A stretch of DNA of 64,000 nt. It comes from Octopus bimaculoides (Eukaryota). Where the stretch lies: positions 14,192,268 through 14,256,267 of the forward strand of contig NC_068984.1 of the NCBI RefSeq assembly GCF_001194135.2, read 5' to 3'. The position numbers and the translations under genes are program-made. The notes under the pieces were generated by a model. That model made no database searches and was not told the DNA's origin. It was given only the letters and a program-made list of their open reading frames with translations. The number at the start of each line of letters is the position of its first letter. Within the stretch, counting starts at the first letter, position 1. This document shows positions 1 to 12,822 of this stretch, piece by piece.

Positions 1-286
1 ATAGAGACATTTTGGGAGGGAGGTAGAATGAGAGAGTGTGGAGTGTATGAGAGAATAATATACTTACACGGTTTACAAATGAACAGCGAAGCAATATGTG
101 TGTGTATGCATATATGCATATATGCACGATCTCGCACGTCATAACGCACATACACACGCGCACATACAGACATACACGCAAAGATACACACACATGTATG
201 TGATTGTGGGGAAAAGACTTCAATGCAAACGTTTCTTTGTGGACTACAATGAAACACACACATACATATATAGATACATATATATA

Positions 287-318
<32 letters not shown>

Positions 319-508
319 NNNNNNNNNNNNNNNNNNNNNNNNNNNNNNNNNNNNNNNNNNNNNNNNNNNNNNNNNNNNNNNNNNNNNNNNNNNNNNNNNN
401 NNNNNNNNNNNNNNNNNNNNNNNNNNNNNNNNNNNNNNNNNNNNNNNNNNNNNNNNNNNNNNNNNNNNNNNNNNNNNNNNNNATATATATATGTATATAT
501 ATATATAC

Positions 509-539
<31 letters not shown>

Positions 540-1211
540 TATGTATGAATAAGTAAAGTATGTGTGAAGACACAAACGGAAGCACAGACACACTCACACG
601 TACATCCGCACACGCAGATATATAGAGGGTGACTGAGAGGGGCAAATAATAAAGTGAAATTGTCGAGAATAGGAAGAAAATATGATGGCAGGAAACTGAA
701 GGAGAAGAAAGCAAAAATATTCTCAAAAAATCTAACAAATAATCCATGAAAAATTTATATAAATTTGTAGTAAATGAAGCAGTTATTAAGAGTTATAAAG
801 GAGAAAATGAATATAATATAGTAATAAAATAAAATCAATATTTTGTGGGTGAAGTAAAATAAATCAATTATCGATAAATTGAAAATAATCAATTGTTATT
901 TCGTTTCGCAATGTTACTATGTTACTTTTCACAGCCATTGGTAACGGCCTAACTGTAGCACATTTGGTGAGTGATTATAGTTTCGTAACAATATTTTACA
1001 CAAGTATACACAAAAACACAGACGCAGATGTGGGCATATACACACGGACACATACACAGATACACAGATTCACATACACGTACATGCATACACACACACA
1101 CACACTCTTTGCGACAGACATATATATATAGTGTCGTTCCCTTATCGTTACAATGAAAACAGACGTATACATGCACACATATATATCAATATGTATCCAT
1201 ATATTTATATA

Positions 1212-1221
<10 letters not shown>

Positions 1222-1308
<87 letters not shown>

Positions 1309-1329
1309 CGAGAGAGATAGATAGAGAGA

Positions 1330-1385
<56 letters not shown>

Positions 1386-1389
1386 GAGA
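1222..1389. repeat. Compound (TA)n-(GA)n microsatellite
   Basis: Seen directly. Confidence 0.97.
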
Positions 1390-1392
1390 AAG

Positions 1393-1837
1393 TAAAGTCT
1401 ATTTGCAAACGTAAAAATTAGAATGGTGCAACTATATCTTTTAGCTCGAGGGAAAACATCTTTCCCAGCTGGCTATCAATGCACAACTATATCATTAGAC
1501 CTTGAACAAGGGAGCTAATATCTCTACTCAACCATAAACTGTACCTGCTGACCATTGGTTTTGGGGCTTTTTTCTCTTCCTCAGCACAGAATAGCTGTTG
1601 GTTGGAGATGGTAGCACATAGCCTTGTTCGAGGTATATTCTTTTAAAGTGACACACAGTTACTGATCTCGTAAGGAGAAAAAACAATTAGTTTTAAATCT
1701 TTGAGCGAGAACTATGTAGTAACAGTATTACAGAATGAAGTCTATTTGCGAAAGTAAGGTGGCCGTCCTGCTCAGGATGATGTTATCACCTTTTTCTAGC
1801 CTCAGGAAAACATCTTTTCCAGCTGACCATCGACGCA
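1393..1837. repeat. Diverged direct repeat pair (about 1393-1485 and 1738-1837, about 345 bp apart)
   Basis: Shared blocks AAGTCTATTTGC(A/G)AA.GTAA and TAGC...GGAAAACATCTTT.CCAGCTG.C.ATC.A.GCA in both copies. Confidence 0.7.
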
Positions 1838-2135
1838 TATATGTGTGTGTGTGTGTGTGTGTGTATGTGTGTGTATGCATAAATACATATATATTTAGTT
1901 CCTACGTACGTTTCACTGTTGTAATTATAAATGTTGAGATAACTAGACAAAGAAAAGAAAGTAGCTTGGTTCAGTCTCTGATTCCCTACATCTATAGACC
2001 ACGGGGTATTGAAATACAAAGATAATTTGAATGATTTACAATCGAAAACAACCAGATGTCCGCGATCCTGGGCAGGATATCGTTTAATTGAAACATATTC
2101 ACACGCCTCATACACACACACACACACGCATACTC

Positions 2136-2213
<78 letters not shown>

Positions 2214-2227
2214 GCACACGAAAACAC

Positions 2228-2920
2228 CTATCAAGTGCGAGTTAGGTAGCTTCAAGGGGGAGCTAGGCAGCGAATTCGTAGAAATTCTCCGCCAACCACT
2301 TCTAAAGCTTTCGTGTGTTATGGCAAGAAGCCAAATCCGGCTGCCTCACATATGAACTCCCAGCACCAACCTCCTCCATTCATGATATAACCACAGTCTC
2401 CAACAGTTTCACATGGCCGTCTGAATTGTGCCCTTTTCAAAGATGCGCCCGAAGTCCATCTCAGTACGAGGGAGGGGACTTAATTTTCTGATAGGTAGGA
2501 CATTACATGGGTTACAGGCAAACTATCTTTTGTGTTGGGTGTTGTGCAACTGGCCCTGGCAGAATTTCTTTTCACCTGAGCAGAAGCAGATCATCGCCGG
2601 TTCAACAAGATGGCTTATTTTATTCATGACTTTCTATACCTTCGTAAAGCGGTTCTCCTTGCCCTTGGCTGTCAGAATTCGTCCTTTTATGCCTATTTTA
2701 TGAATGGTAGCTAAAGTCCTTATGGAGAGTCAGCTTCATAGTGGTGACTTCAATACCTATCTCTCCCGCAAAAGCTTAGATTCCCTTGCTCGGATATTCT
2801 TTGACCATGTCCTGCAGTTGTTGCAGGAATTTCAGCGTACGGCCATAGGCAGAACGCCCACTGTGTTCCTTCCTGCTGGCCACGGCTTCATAGTCTCCGA
2901 TGCAGCTCTCCATGTCACGT
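2228..2920 (-). mobile_element. Decayed Tc1/mariner transposase relic, maT (DD37D)-like
   Basis: Manual translation of the minus strand across stops and frameshifts: RTLKFLQQLQDMVKEYPSKGI*AFAGEIGIEVTTMKLTLHKDFSYHS / KGRILTAKGKENRFTKV*KVMNKISHLVEPAMICFCSGEKKFCQGQLHNTQ / DGHVKLLETVVIS*MEEVGAGSSYVRQPDLASCHNTRKL*KWLAENFYEF. These correspond to the HTH, FSDEK and QQDSAPCH motifs of maT-type transposases. Confidence 0.85.
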
Positions 2921-3024
2921 CCTTACTGCCTTTACGGTGTTCACATATCAACTAGAATCAGTCACGACCTCGACATTTTGATATCAGTCGTGGATCATCA
3001 GGACACAGGTAACGCTTTTCAATA

Positions 3025-3112
3025 TTCAGATGGATTCGTCCGTCTTAACTTTCTGATTTCAAAATCCGCCGTGATCGACTTTGCCTTTAATCCTTTCGGA
3101 GTCGTTAAAATA
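3025..3112 (+). mobile_element. SINE family M, internal fragment
   Basis: TTCTGATTTCAAAATCCGCCGTGATCGACTTTGCCTTTAATCCTTTCGGAGTCGTTAAAATA matches the B-box and central block of fuller copies (22362, 42573). Confidence 0.8.
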
Positions 3113-3496
3113 TTGTGTATGTCAAAATGTCGACTTTTTTTTTTCTTAGAGAGCGCGATGACTATGTGTGTGTGCATATGTCACAGATATCGGACGTGTG
3201 GTTTTGTTGATTGACACGCCATGACATTCATTATATATGTGCATTTTGTATGTGTGTATATGTGTTGACATCAGAAGGCATTTTTTTTCGTCAAGAAATA
3301 ACAAACAAAAGTTGTGTTCAATCGTTTAAGTAGAAGTCTAAATATCACAAACATTTGTACTGCATTGCCGAAGGTAAATATGAAAATAAATATGCAAAAA
3401 AAAGTTAAGATAGAATATACTATTTTTGAGATATTTCGGGTACACACAAACATCCTTAGAGTTTAAGCATTATTGAAATACATGCATACATATATT

Positions 3497-3539
<43 letters not shown>

Positions 3540-4097
3540 GCACACACACGCACGCACGAACACACGCGCGCACACACATGACTGGCTTTTGCTCCGTTGG
3601 GGACTGTAAATTCCGTTCATGAATTATTGATCACGCTGGGGCAAAAATAGACAATCTTACCTAAGATTCTACGCATTGTGCCTTAACTAACAACCACTGG
3701 CGCAAAACGAATTTATAACACACACAACCTTATTTGAGCCGGGAGTGATCATGATTGAGGAAATCTGTGGTAAATTACTTTCACCCAGTGGCATTACTGC
3801 CAGATACAGTACTGCGTTTGAAAGCAAATTAACAAAAGTGTCGTTCCTTTTTTAGTAAGGCCGTTGATGTAAATTTGGGAGCTTTTTGTAACAATTGAAA
3901 TAATCATGTGGAAGGTCTCCTATACCTTTGCTGCTTTTTATGTATTACAATTGCATCCTGTTTAGAATGTAACAGTCTGGTTACAAATTTCTCTCGGCCG
4001 TAAATCTTGTCTACCAAGCTCTTCTCGCCAGTAAATGCAATAATCATTCGTCAGAATACGAGCTTATATTTGTAGAGAGAATAGGAATGGGAGATAC

Positions 4098-4312
4098 TAG
4101 TTTCAAATTTTGGCACAAGACCAGCAATTCCGCGGGAGGGGGTAAATCGATTATATCGACCCCAGTACTCATCTAGTACTTATTTTATCGACCCCGAAGG
4201 AATGAAAGTTAAAGTGAACCTCGGCGGTATTTGAACACAGAATGTAACGATGAACGAAATACCGTTACGTATTTTGCCCAGCGCGCTAACGATTCTTCCA
4301 ACTCACCGACTT
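4098..4312 (-). mobile_element. SINE family M, near full length
   Basis: Reverse complement has a tRNA-like head (GGTGAGTTGGAAGAATCGTTAGCGCGCTGGGC), B-box GTTCAAATACC, central CTTTCATTCCTTCGGGGTCGATAAAATAAGTACTAG block and GGGGTCGATATAATCGA hairpin. Confidence 0.9.
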
Positions 4313-6135
4313 AAAGGAATGGAACATATTGATTAGTAAGATAAGTGAAATGAATACAAATAATAATCGCAACTTATCCTGAGATGTAACACAACTTAAA
4401 CCTAGCTTTACTTTAGCACGTTCGATACCAATATGCAAAGCAGGAATTCTATTATGAACGAAGCCTTTTATTTTCAACGGAACCTAAATATGGTGGTGTG
4501 AACTCCGTTGTTTTTCGAAATGCATTATCCCTGTTAACAGAACGAAATATCATGCCATCGATTAACCAATAACAATACAAGTGAATAAATAACTGGCCTG
4601 TATATTTCCACTCACCAGAAATGGTCGGTAAAATTTAATCAGCAATCTTTCTTAATTTCCCTTTTGTCGTAAGCAATGTCCCAACCGATGATGACCTTAT
4701 AGGGAATTTAATATATGGGCGATGATTATGTTGTACTGTTCGATATAAGTTCGATTAGAATATGTGGAGACAATAGTCTTTTCTTTAAGATATAGTAAAA
4801 CCTGGCCGACTTTCCAAAACAGGATAATAGATAACTATATTGTTTGGCCTTGCCAACAAATTATATATATTATCTTTAGATTGAGGTTTGTATTCGGACT
4901 TCGTTTTTAATATGTCTTCATAGATTTTTGCTTCTTTACTTTTCATTATAAATTACCATTGTTTCGTAATTGGCTTCAACAAATCAAATTATCGTCTAAC
5001 ACGCATACCCCAGCCCATATTCAGATATAAAAGTTCTCTAAAAGAAAAGAAAAAAAAGTAGTATTATCATTTCCTAGCATAGCAACATGCATTAACAGAT
5101 GGCTTGATACAAAGTCCAGCACGCACGCATGCGCACACACACACACACATATATGTTCTGTCGCTCTGTTCCCTTGAGGTTTGCGTATTAAACTTCTTAT
5201 TTCTGACTTGCTGATGGTCATCAATGAGTTACATCTCTGATTCACTTATCCGTATGAAATCTCACGTTATTAGACAGTAAGGCACTAGTTTTCCTTTTAC
5301 AATTCCCTCTTTCTCTGCATAGGAGCCTAGCTATAAAGTAATCACTTTAATTCCTATGCCGTCGTAATTATAAGTTACCATTCGGTCCGAGTGACCTTTT
5401 AGATGTAATATTCATATACACTCAATAAATTAGTCTTTAGTCGTCCAACAAACAATTCGAGAGACATAACTAACTACCAAACAACACGCTAATTCTAACA
5501 CCCAATATTCATATTCAACCAAATGCAGTCACGTAATTGAAGTATGACGTGTACATACGGATAGTACAACATTAATTTCTAGAAAAGGAACCCGATCCAC
5601 GCCACGCAGAGAATGTCCTTTCAGGTACCTTAAAAATCACATATAACAATGTCAAATATTCACGAAGTTTACTTAATTCCAAAAATATTTAAATCTAATA
5701 ATAATCCAATAAAGTTTACTTAAATCCAATAATCCTTGGTTTTGGTTCACCATCTTATGTGAGTAACCAGTTACTAATAATACACAAGAAGGGAGTAATT
5801 GACTTGATGATACAGTAACGTAACGGGCGGAATTTAGTTTTGCTCTTTGTTTTCAATTGAAATCCCTTGCTACCAGAACGTGATTTTCATCTATCCGAGT
5901 TAGACACAACGTACACCAACCAGTGCTGAATCCAACCAACTAAATCCATCTACAACTTATGTATATTTCACATAATTCATTATTGTAGTTACGCGATTGT
6001 TTCCAATACGAAACTGCAATACACTATCTCTGGCTATTGAGATATTGACATAGAAGAATGTTTATGTAACTGCATACAAGAGCGCGTGTGTGAGTGTGTG
6101 CGTATATATAAACATATACATGGACACACAAACAC

Positions 6136-6216
<81 letters not shown>

Positions 6217-6244
6217 TATATATATTCTTTTCTTTTTTCGTTCG

Positions 6245-6716
6245 TTGTTTCAGTCAGTTGACTGCGGCCATGCTGGAGCAACACTTTTAGTCGAACAAAG
6301 CGACCCCAGGACTTATTCTTTGTAAGCCTAGTGCTTATTCTATAGGTCTCTTTCGCCGAATCGCTAAGTTACGGGGACGTAAACATTAACATCGGTTGTC
6401 AAGCGATGGCGAGGTACAAACACGGACACACACACATACACACACACAAACACACACATATATATATATACATATATANNNNNNNNNNNNNNNNNNNNNN
6501 NNNNNNNNNNNNNNNNNNNNNNNATATATATATATATATATATATATATATACGACGGGCTTCTTTCAGTTTCCGTCTACTAAATCCACTCACAAGGATT
6601 TGGTCGGCCCGAGGCTATAGTAGAAGACACTTTCCCAAGGTGCCACGCAGATGGACTGAACCCAGAACCATGTGGTTGGTAAGCAAGATACTTACCACAC
6701 AACCACTCCTGCACCT
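6245..6716 (-). mobile_element. CORE-A SINE, full length (tRNA head, CORE, internal microsatellite with gap, 3' tail)
   Basis: Same organisation as 62740-63184. Head AGGTGCAGGAGTGGTTGTGTGGTAAG with B-box GGTTCAGTCC, CORE-like CACCTTGGGAAAGTGTCTTCTACTATAGCCTCGGG, tail CCAGCATGGCCGCAGTCAACTGACTGAAAC. The octopus SINEs OR1 and OR2 are established tRNA-derived CORE-SINEs; I did not assign the family exactly. Confidence 0.92.
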
Positions 6717-6915
6717 ATAACCAGTTTTTTTGTTGTTCTCTTTTGTGGTGGCGTTTCGAATTAAAGACGTACAAGTTGAGACCTAAGAAGAAATTTGATG
6801 AAGCTGACTAATGAAGTTTATAGTATTCAGCTACGTAGCTAAGATAATATTTTTCAATAATTAATGCTTTCTTCGCGCTGATTATTATTTATGAATAATT
6901 ATCATTTATGTGAAT

Positions 6916-7045
6916 GAAGGCGCGAGGCTTAGCATAGTGATCACTATCAATAGCCCTGAATTCGTTTCTGGACTGATAGTGTGTCATTTCCTTGAGCAAG
7001 ACACTTCATTTTATGTTGCTTCATTACAATCAGCTGAAAGTAATT
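6916..7045 (+). mobile_element. CORE-B SINE, diverged 5' part
   Basis: GAAGGCGCGAGGCTTAG head followed by CCTTGAGCAAGACACTTCATTTTATGTTGCT (CORE-like); a related copy lies at 19820-19962 on the minus strand. Confidence 0.7.
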
Positions 7046-7539
7046 ACCAATGTTACGTGGATAATAATTTTGTACCATTCGTAGGTGTGCATTTTACTCC
7101 CAGCTTAAAAGACTTGAGAATCTGGGTAATCTCCGGCCTCATAAGACGCGGTTTGAAGCAGACGCAAGCGTTTGTTCCTCTGTACATAAAAACGTGTCAG
7201 AAACAAACTGAGTATTTTAATTTGAATTAGATGAAAAAAATGTTCCGGTCATTAAACAATAAATATTCATTTGTATGTCATATTTTGGTTATTTAAGAGA
7301 CCAATTATAAGACGACGATATTTAAGCAATTACTATATATTAAAGATTGCAGTGTTTCAGGAGACGTCATTTTAGTAAGAAGAATATAGATTTATGTTTG
7401 TTCATTTCGCTTCTTAAATATACGTTTCTACACTTACAGAAAAATATCTTAGTAATTTAGATATATTAGATAGACATCGTATTAATTTATCAGGAGTTTC
7501 AGTGACTTGTGTCATTTCAATAAAAGTATTAGCCATTTT

Positions 7540-7915
7540 TCTTACCGTACTGTGACTGATCCCATTGACTTGAACTTACTGCTACAATTTGTCAGGTCAA
7601 GCATTCAAGAAGTCTTTCAAAATGAGAAGCTTTATTTCACGCAAGATGGTGCATCTCTACACAACCACAGATGTGTATGGTCCCCTATTGATGGGGTTTT
7701 GTAGTACAGGCGGATTTGTTAAGCAGCTTCAATAGAATACCTTCCGTATTCCCCGGAGCAACACCACCAAACATTTTTTATGGCAATTCTTAAAAGATAA
7801 AGTTTACAGCACTAAAATGGCAACGGTCGACGAACTGAAGGTTCTCATTGACCGAGAATACGCACAAATATCGAACGAAATGTTTCTCGATGTTTCCCGT
7901 AATTAGTTGTGTCTG
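7540..7915 (+). mobile_element. Decayed Tc1/mariner transposase relic (catalytic C-terminal half)
   Basis: NEKLYFTQDGASLHNHRCV (YFQQDGAPPH motif), IEYLPYSPE (WPPRSPD motif), FLWQFLKDKVYSTKMATVDELKVLIDREY. Confidence 0.85.
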
Positions 7916-8166
7916 AACTAAAATATTTATAAGCTTGAAAACAGATGATCATAGAAATATTTAACTTTGTGTGTAGATCCATACAAGTAGAAAGATATAT
8001 TTTTCAACGCGTAATTTCTGATAGAACAGCGTGTATAGGATAAAATCCTTACAGAGCAGAAAAATCTGTTAGCAACCAGCCATGGTTGAAAAAATATTTT
8101 TTTGTACTTGTACGACAATACACTTCAGCGCTCCAAAAACGAACTTATGCTTGTTTACATATGAAG

Positions 8167-8200
<34 letters not shown>

Positions 8201-8211
8201 TGGTAATCTAC

Positions 8212-8345
8212 AAAAAAAGACGAAGACAGGTGTATAAACAAGGAATATGTGAAGATGAGAAAGTCTTTTACGTTTCGAGCCTACGCTCTTCAACAGAAAG
8301 GAAAATGAGAAAATAAACAGAGAGACAATAAAAAAAGCTTTAGTG
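8212..8345 (-). mobile_element. Probable Penelope-like element terminal (pLTR) fragment carrying a variant hammerhead-like motif
   Basis: Minus strand CTTT-CTGTTGA-A-GAGC-GTAG-GCTC-GAAAC-GTA-AAAG; this layout is typical of Penelope-like termini. The family assignment is inference. Confidence 0.5.
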
Positions 8346-8710
8346 GCTAGCGGTCGATGATGGAGGCTGGCTGGCTGGCTGGCTGGCTGGCCGGCTGGAC
8401 GGAGGTGGTGAGACAGCAGAGCTAGGAAGGAGGGGAGATAATAAAGTGGTGGTGATCCCAAAACGAAAGTGCGCGTGCGAATGTATGTGAGAGTAAGTGT
8501 GTGCGTGTGGATTGAGGCTGGTGTCCTTGACGTGTGGACGTGTGCATGTCTAGGTGTGTGGATGTGCTCACGTTGATATATAAAAATATGCACAAATAGA
8601 GATGTAGAGAGATAGTTACATTGAGAGATAGATAAGTAGATAGATGGGCGGTCAGAAAGACAGACAGACAAATAGCTAGCTAGATCGAAAGACTGAGAGA
8701 CAGCAAGACT

Positions 8711-8711
<1 letters not shown>

Positions 8712-8767
<56 letters not shown>

Positions 8768-8772
8768 GTAGG

Positions 8773-8823
<51 letters not shown>

Positions 8824-8833
8824 NNNNNNNNNN

Positions 8834-8880
<47 letters not shown>

Positions 8881-8892
8881 TGTGTGTGTGTG
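8712..8892. repeat. (GATA)n and (GCGT)n microsatellites across a 10-N gap
   Basis: Seen directly. Confidence 0.97.
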
Positions 8893-10341
8893 AAGCAAGC
8901 ATCTAGAAGTGAGGCTCGAATCGAATTTCATTCTCCGATTACTTTCATATATAGATAGAGCCTGTGGAACAAGAGTCACAACACTTTTAACAAACGACTG
9001 CCATCAAACCAGCAGTCAGCCATTATTAACCGTGAGATGCCAACCAATTCTATACGCAAACGCCAGGAAACGCTTAAAGTGATGAAAAATATGAAATGCC
9101 AACGAAAACTCCGGGTGTGTACGTTCGATGCTTCAGCGACCTTTCTAACTATGACATTTCTCATTTCAAATATCTACGAGTAGATGACAGTTGCCATCCC
9201 CTGCACATTCTTGCTGATAAACAATCGGCTTGTTAGGTAGCATTGAATGGGAAAATTCATGGATATATCTGCTGCCACATTATCGCCGCTAGATTAAAAG
9301 TGATAACAGTCTATTGTCATATCTTCAGCTGATGTGCGTTTCGCTAAGTGATATGGGAGAGAATTTTGAACTTTAAAATTTCTCCTATAACGCTTAGTGT
9401 CAATATATTTAAGATATTAGTTCATTTCACATTTAAGTTACTAACCCACGGTTTAGTATTTAATTAATTCACATTGTGTAATTGTATATTTGAAATGTTA
9501 TCTATATTTATAATCTCTGAAATCTGCTACTTATCTATTTCCTCCTAGCTTCAATAGTTAGCATTGAATGCAACTTAGAGTTCCATGTGTCACAGAGTTA
9601 CAATGGTTTAAACGATGTTGTATTTACTTATTTATTTTGATCTGATGAAAAATGACTTAAGTGCTCCGTAAGGTTAATCTACTTGAACTATATAACTAAA
9701 TCATTCGGCAATATCTATCGCTTTCGCCCAACCAATTCGTTGATTTCTTTGTGGAAATTGAAAGTAAATTTAAATTGATATAGCATTAACTCTTGCTCAC
9801 TGATAGCTCTACATATAACGATCTTTCCATCTTCCATTCATTGCACTGATGTTGTTGTTTTACAGAGCCGTGATTAGAAAAGGTGGATTCAATAGACACT
9901 CATGAGTCGTACATAATAAACAGAGCTGTTCTACTTGCGCTCGAAGATCTACACACAGAAAACGAGTGAGCCTCTATGTGATACGTGACGAGTTAGTAAT
10001 ACAAAGCATGCCTTATCATGTTCAGAAAAGAACTCACTGAATACTCCATCATGTGGGAAAATACACATGCGATGAATATGACAGGAATAGCTTATTATTT
10101 TTTAAGTTAACAGTTTCGAAAATATGCATGGCTCACTATAGACAGCACATATGTTTCACCCTCTCTCTCTCTTTCTCTCTCTCTATATATATATACTTTA
10201 TCATTTCACCCTTTTAAAATTCTAAGTATTCTGAAGAGGTTTAGCCACACCTGAGGGATATTAAATGCTTGCAAAGTGAAAGAAAAATTGGGCTCAGATC
10301 TCTAGTATATGGTACCCCACTTATTCTCATATAAAGTAGAC

Positions 10342-10470
10342 TTGCATCCTGTACTCTTCAGTATATTGTGCAACTTCCTAAGTGCCGTCAAGCACATTAC
10401 AGTACCAACTTCTTCCCACGCACTTCTGAACTTGTTTTCCTCTTCAATATGACCTCCAGTCGTCACCTAT
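10342..10470 (+). mobile_element. Non-LTR retrotransposon ORF2 C-terminal relic (CR1/Jockey-group-like)
   Basis: VQLPKCRQAHYSTNFFPRTSE, then after a deletion or frameshift VFPLQYDLQS; matches the common LINE terminal motif SFFPRTxxLWNSLP...VFP..YDLQSF. Confidence 0.6.
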
Positions 10471-10561
10471 TGACTTCTGTCTAGCGTCCATTTTATTCTA
10501 GTTGCGTTTTCAGTGGTCTAAGGAACTTGTAACGAGCGGAAGCTTTAAAAACTATATATCT

Positions 10562-10605
<44 letters not shown>

Positions 10606-12580
10606 ACGCCTACGTTGGTAACGCGAAACAGTGATGTGAAGTAAACAAACTTTTGGTTACCTCAAATATGTGAAATATTTTATCTTCTAAAGTCAATTCC
10701 ATTGCAGTTTACCGCCAATAACATTTTCTCACTAATTGACAAATGTGCACATACACAGTTATCCGTTGTGAGGTACCGTCTATCGGAGATAAGCTCACGT
10801 TTCCGACTAGTTATGCCCTCCTCAGAAAGAGTTAAAAATTATATGCAATCCTGAGCTGACCAAGCCTTGGCTTTATAATAAATCAGACAATACTAGTAAC
10901 AGATCTGCGCTCGTGGAGCACCCGGTTCGAACAAACACATAGGCAGTAGGAAGAAGCAGAGATAGGAAACAAACAAACCCTAGGTTAGTTCAAATATGCT
11001 TGTCTCATCTTTTGTATTTACACATTTTACCATAAACGAGAATGTATTTCTCTGCAGTAAACTGCAGTGAATTTACTTTTAATAATATAATATGTCACTA
11101 ACATATCTGAAGTTAAAGTTTATGTGTATGTAAATATGTATATATGTGTTTGTGTTTGTGTGTGTGTGTCCATTTTTCAGCTAATGCGTTTGTACCAACA
11201 CCACCTACGGAAAAAAAATCAAAGGCCTTGTGCAAGCTATGTAACCTAGCCCCTTCATGATTATCAATATAGGTCGATAGGTTATATCGGCCGTACTCCA
11301 ATAACTGTTTCTAGTAACAAGAATAAAAAGAAAATAGCATATATAAATATGGCAGACAGAAAATGCTTATAGATGAATATTTGCATAGCATAAAGGCAAC
11401 ATGGTCAATCTTCCTTTAGAAATCGAATGTATCATTTTATGCATACGTTAATCACAGGGGCATATTTTTTGCTACCAAGCACCGACTCGCTTTCATTAAT
11501 TTAATTTAAGTTTCATTTGTGTGACAACTGATGAAGAGAATGTTCTTTATGTTTGCATGTTTCGTTTTCATTTTGTCTACGTTTTTTTTATGTCCTGTAC
11601 CCATATATGCATGTATATATACATATATATGTAGGTATGTACAAATATGTATGTATATGTGCATATATTTATATATTCTTTATATTATTATATATATATA
11701 TGCATATCTACGTACATAAGTACATACGTAAGTACATACATGCATACATACATACATACATACATACATGTATTCCAAAAAGATGCTCAAAACAAAAAAA
11801 AAAAAGTTTCGTAACAAATGAAAGATCAAAAATCTACCCTGTAAGTGAATAACTGATCATTCGATATGGGGAGACATGATGGGGGGGAAAAGGGTAATAA
11901 ATAGAAATAGCGTTATAAAAATACGATTGGTTTGATAGCGAAAAGATGAATGCCGCAGACATAAGATTCAATTTCAGCCGAACTTTGTGATAATGTCGTC
12001 AACGGAAGTGTTGATCTCGCGTCAGATAGGTGCCATATTGACTGCTCAGCGATGGCAATATTACTATCTAGATTTTAGAAATAATAACTGAAATGATAAT
12101 ATAAGTAGTGTTAATGCCGTAAGTAAACTAGTATTTATATTAGCTTAGAAATCCGTTTTGAAACCAATAGATGAGAGATGAAAGTAGATTGAAATTTATA
12201 TATAATTCTTTGGTGTAAACGTACGCCAGTGATTGTCTGTGAAGTGTTTGTGTGTGTTTATGTTTGTGTGTATGAGACAAAAGTTATTTCTAAAACACCA
12301 AGCTAATAACAGCAGAGTCTGCCAGCCAGGGATTATATATGTAAAGGCCAGCGGTTATTTCCCAAAATATTTCGTTTGCTTTGACATAGTCATTATTTTA
12401 AGATATTATATTATGACTTAATTCATTATATACCGTCATATTTCTATAACACTGTCTTCTCCACATACATTATATTCGATTGATGAAGACATGTTAGATT
12501 ATTTATAATGGAGGATGATAGTAGCGGGTTTAACCAAAGAGGAAACAAGGATCTATGCATATGAAGTGCATAAGGAACAT

Positions 12581-12748
12581 AGGCGCAGGAGTGGCTGTGT
12601 AGTAAGTAGCTTGCTTACCAAAACACATGATTCCGGGTTCAGTCCCACTGAGTGGCACCTTGGGCAAGTGTCTTCTACTATAGCCTCGGGCCGACCGAAG
12701 CCTTTTGAGTGGATTTAGTAGACGGAAACTGAAAGAAGCCCGTTGTAT
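12581..12748 (+). mobile_element. CORE-A SINE head and CORE (remainder runs into microsatellite and gap)
   Basis: AGGCGCAGGAGTGGCTGTGTAGTAAG...GGGTTCAGTCCCACTGAGTGGCACCTTGGGCAAGTGTCTTCTACTATAGCCTCGGG. Confidence 0.92.
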
Positions 12749-12780
12749 AAATGTATATGTATATATATATATATGTGTGT

Positions 12781-12822
<42 letters not shown>

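Noticed and set aside
11526-11560. CTGATGAAGAGAATGTTCTT
   Set aside because: No GAAA follows.
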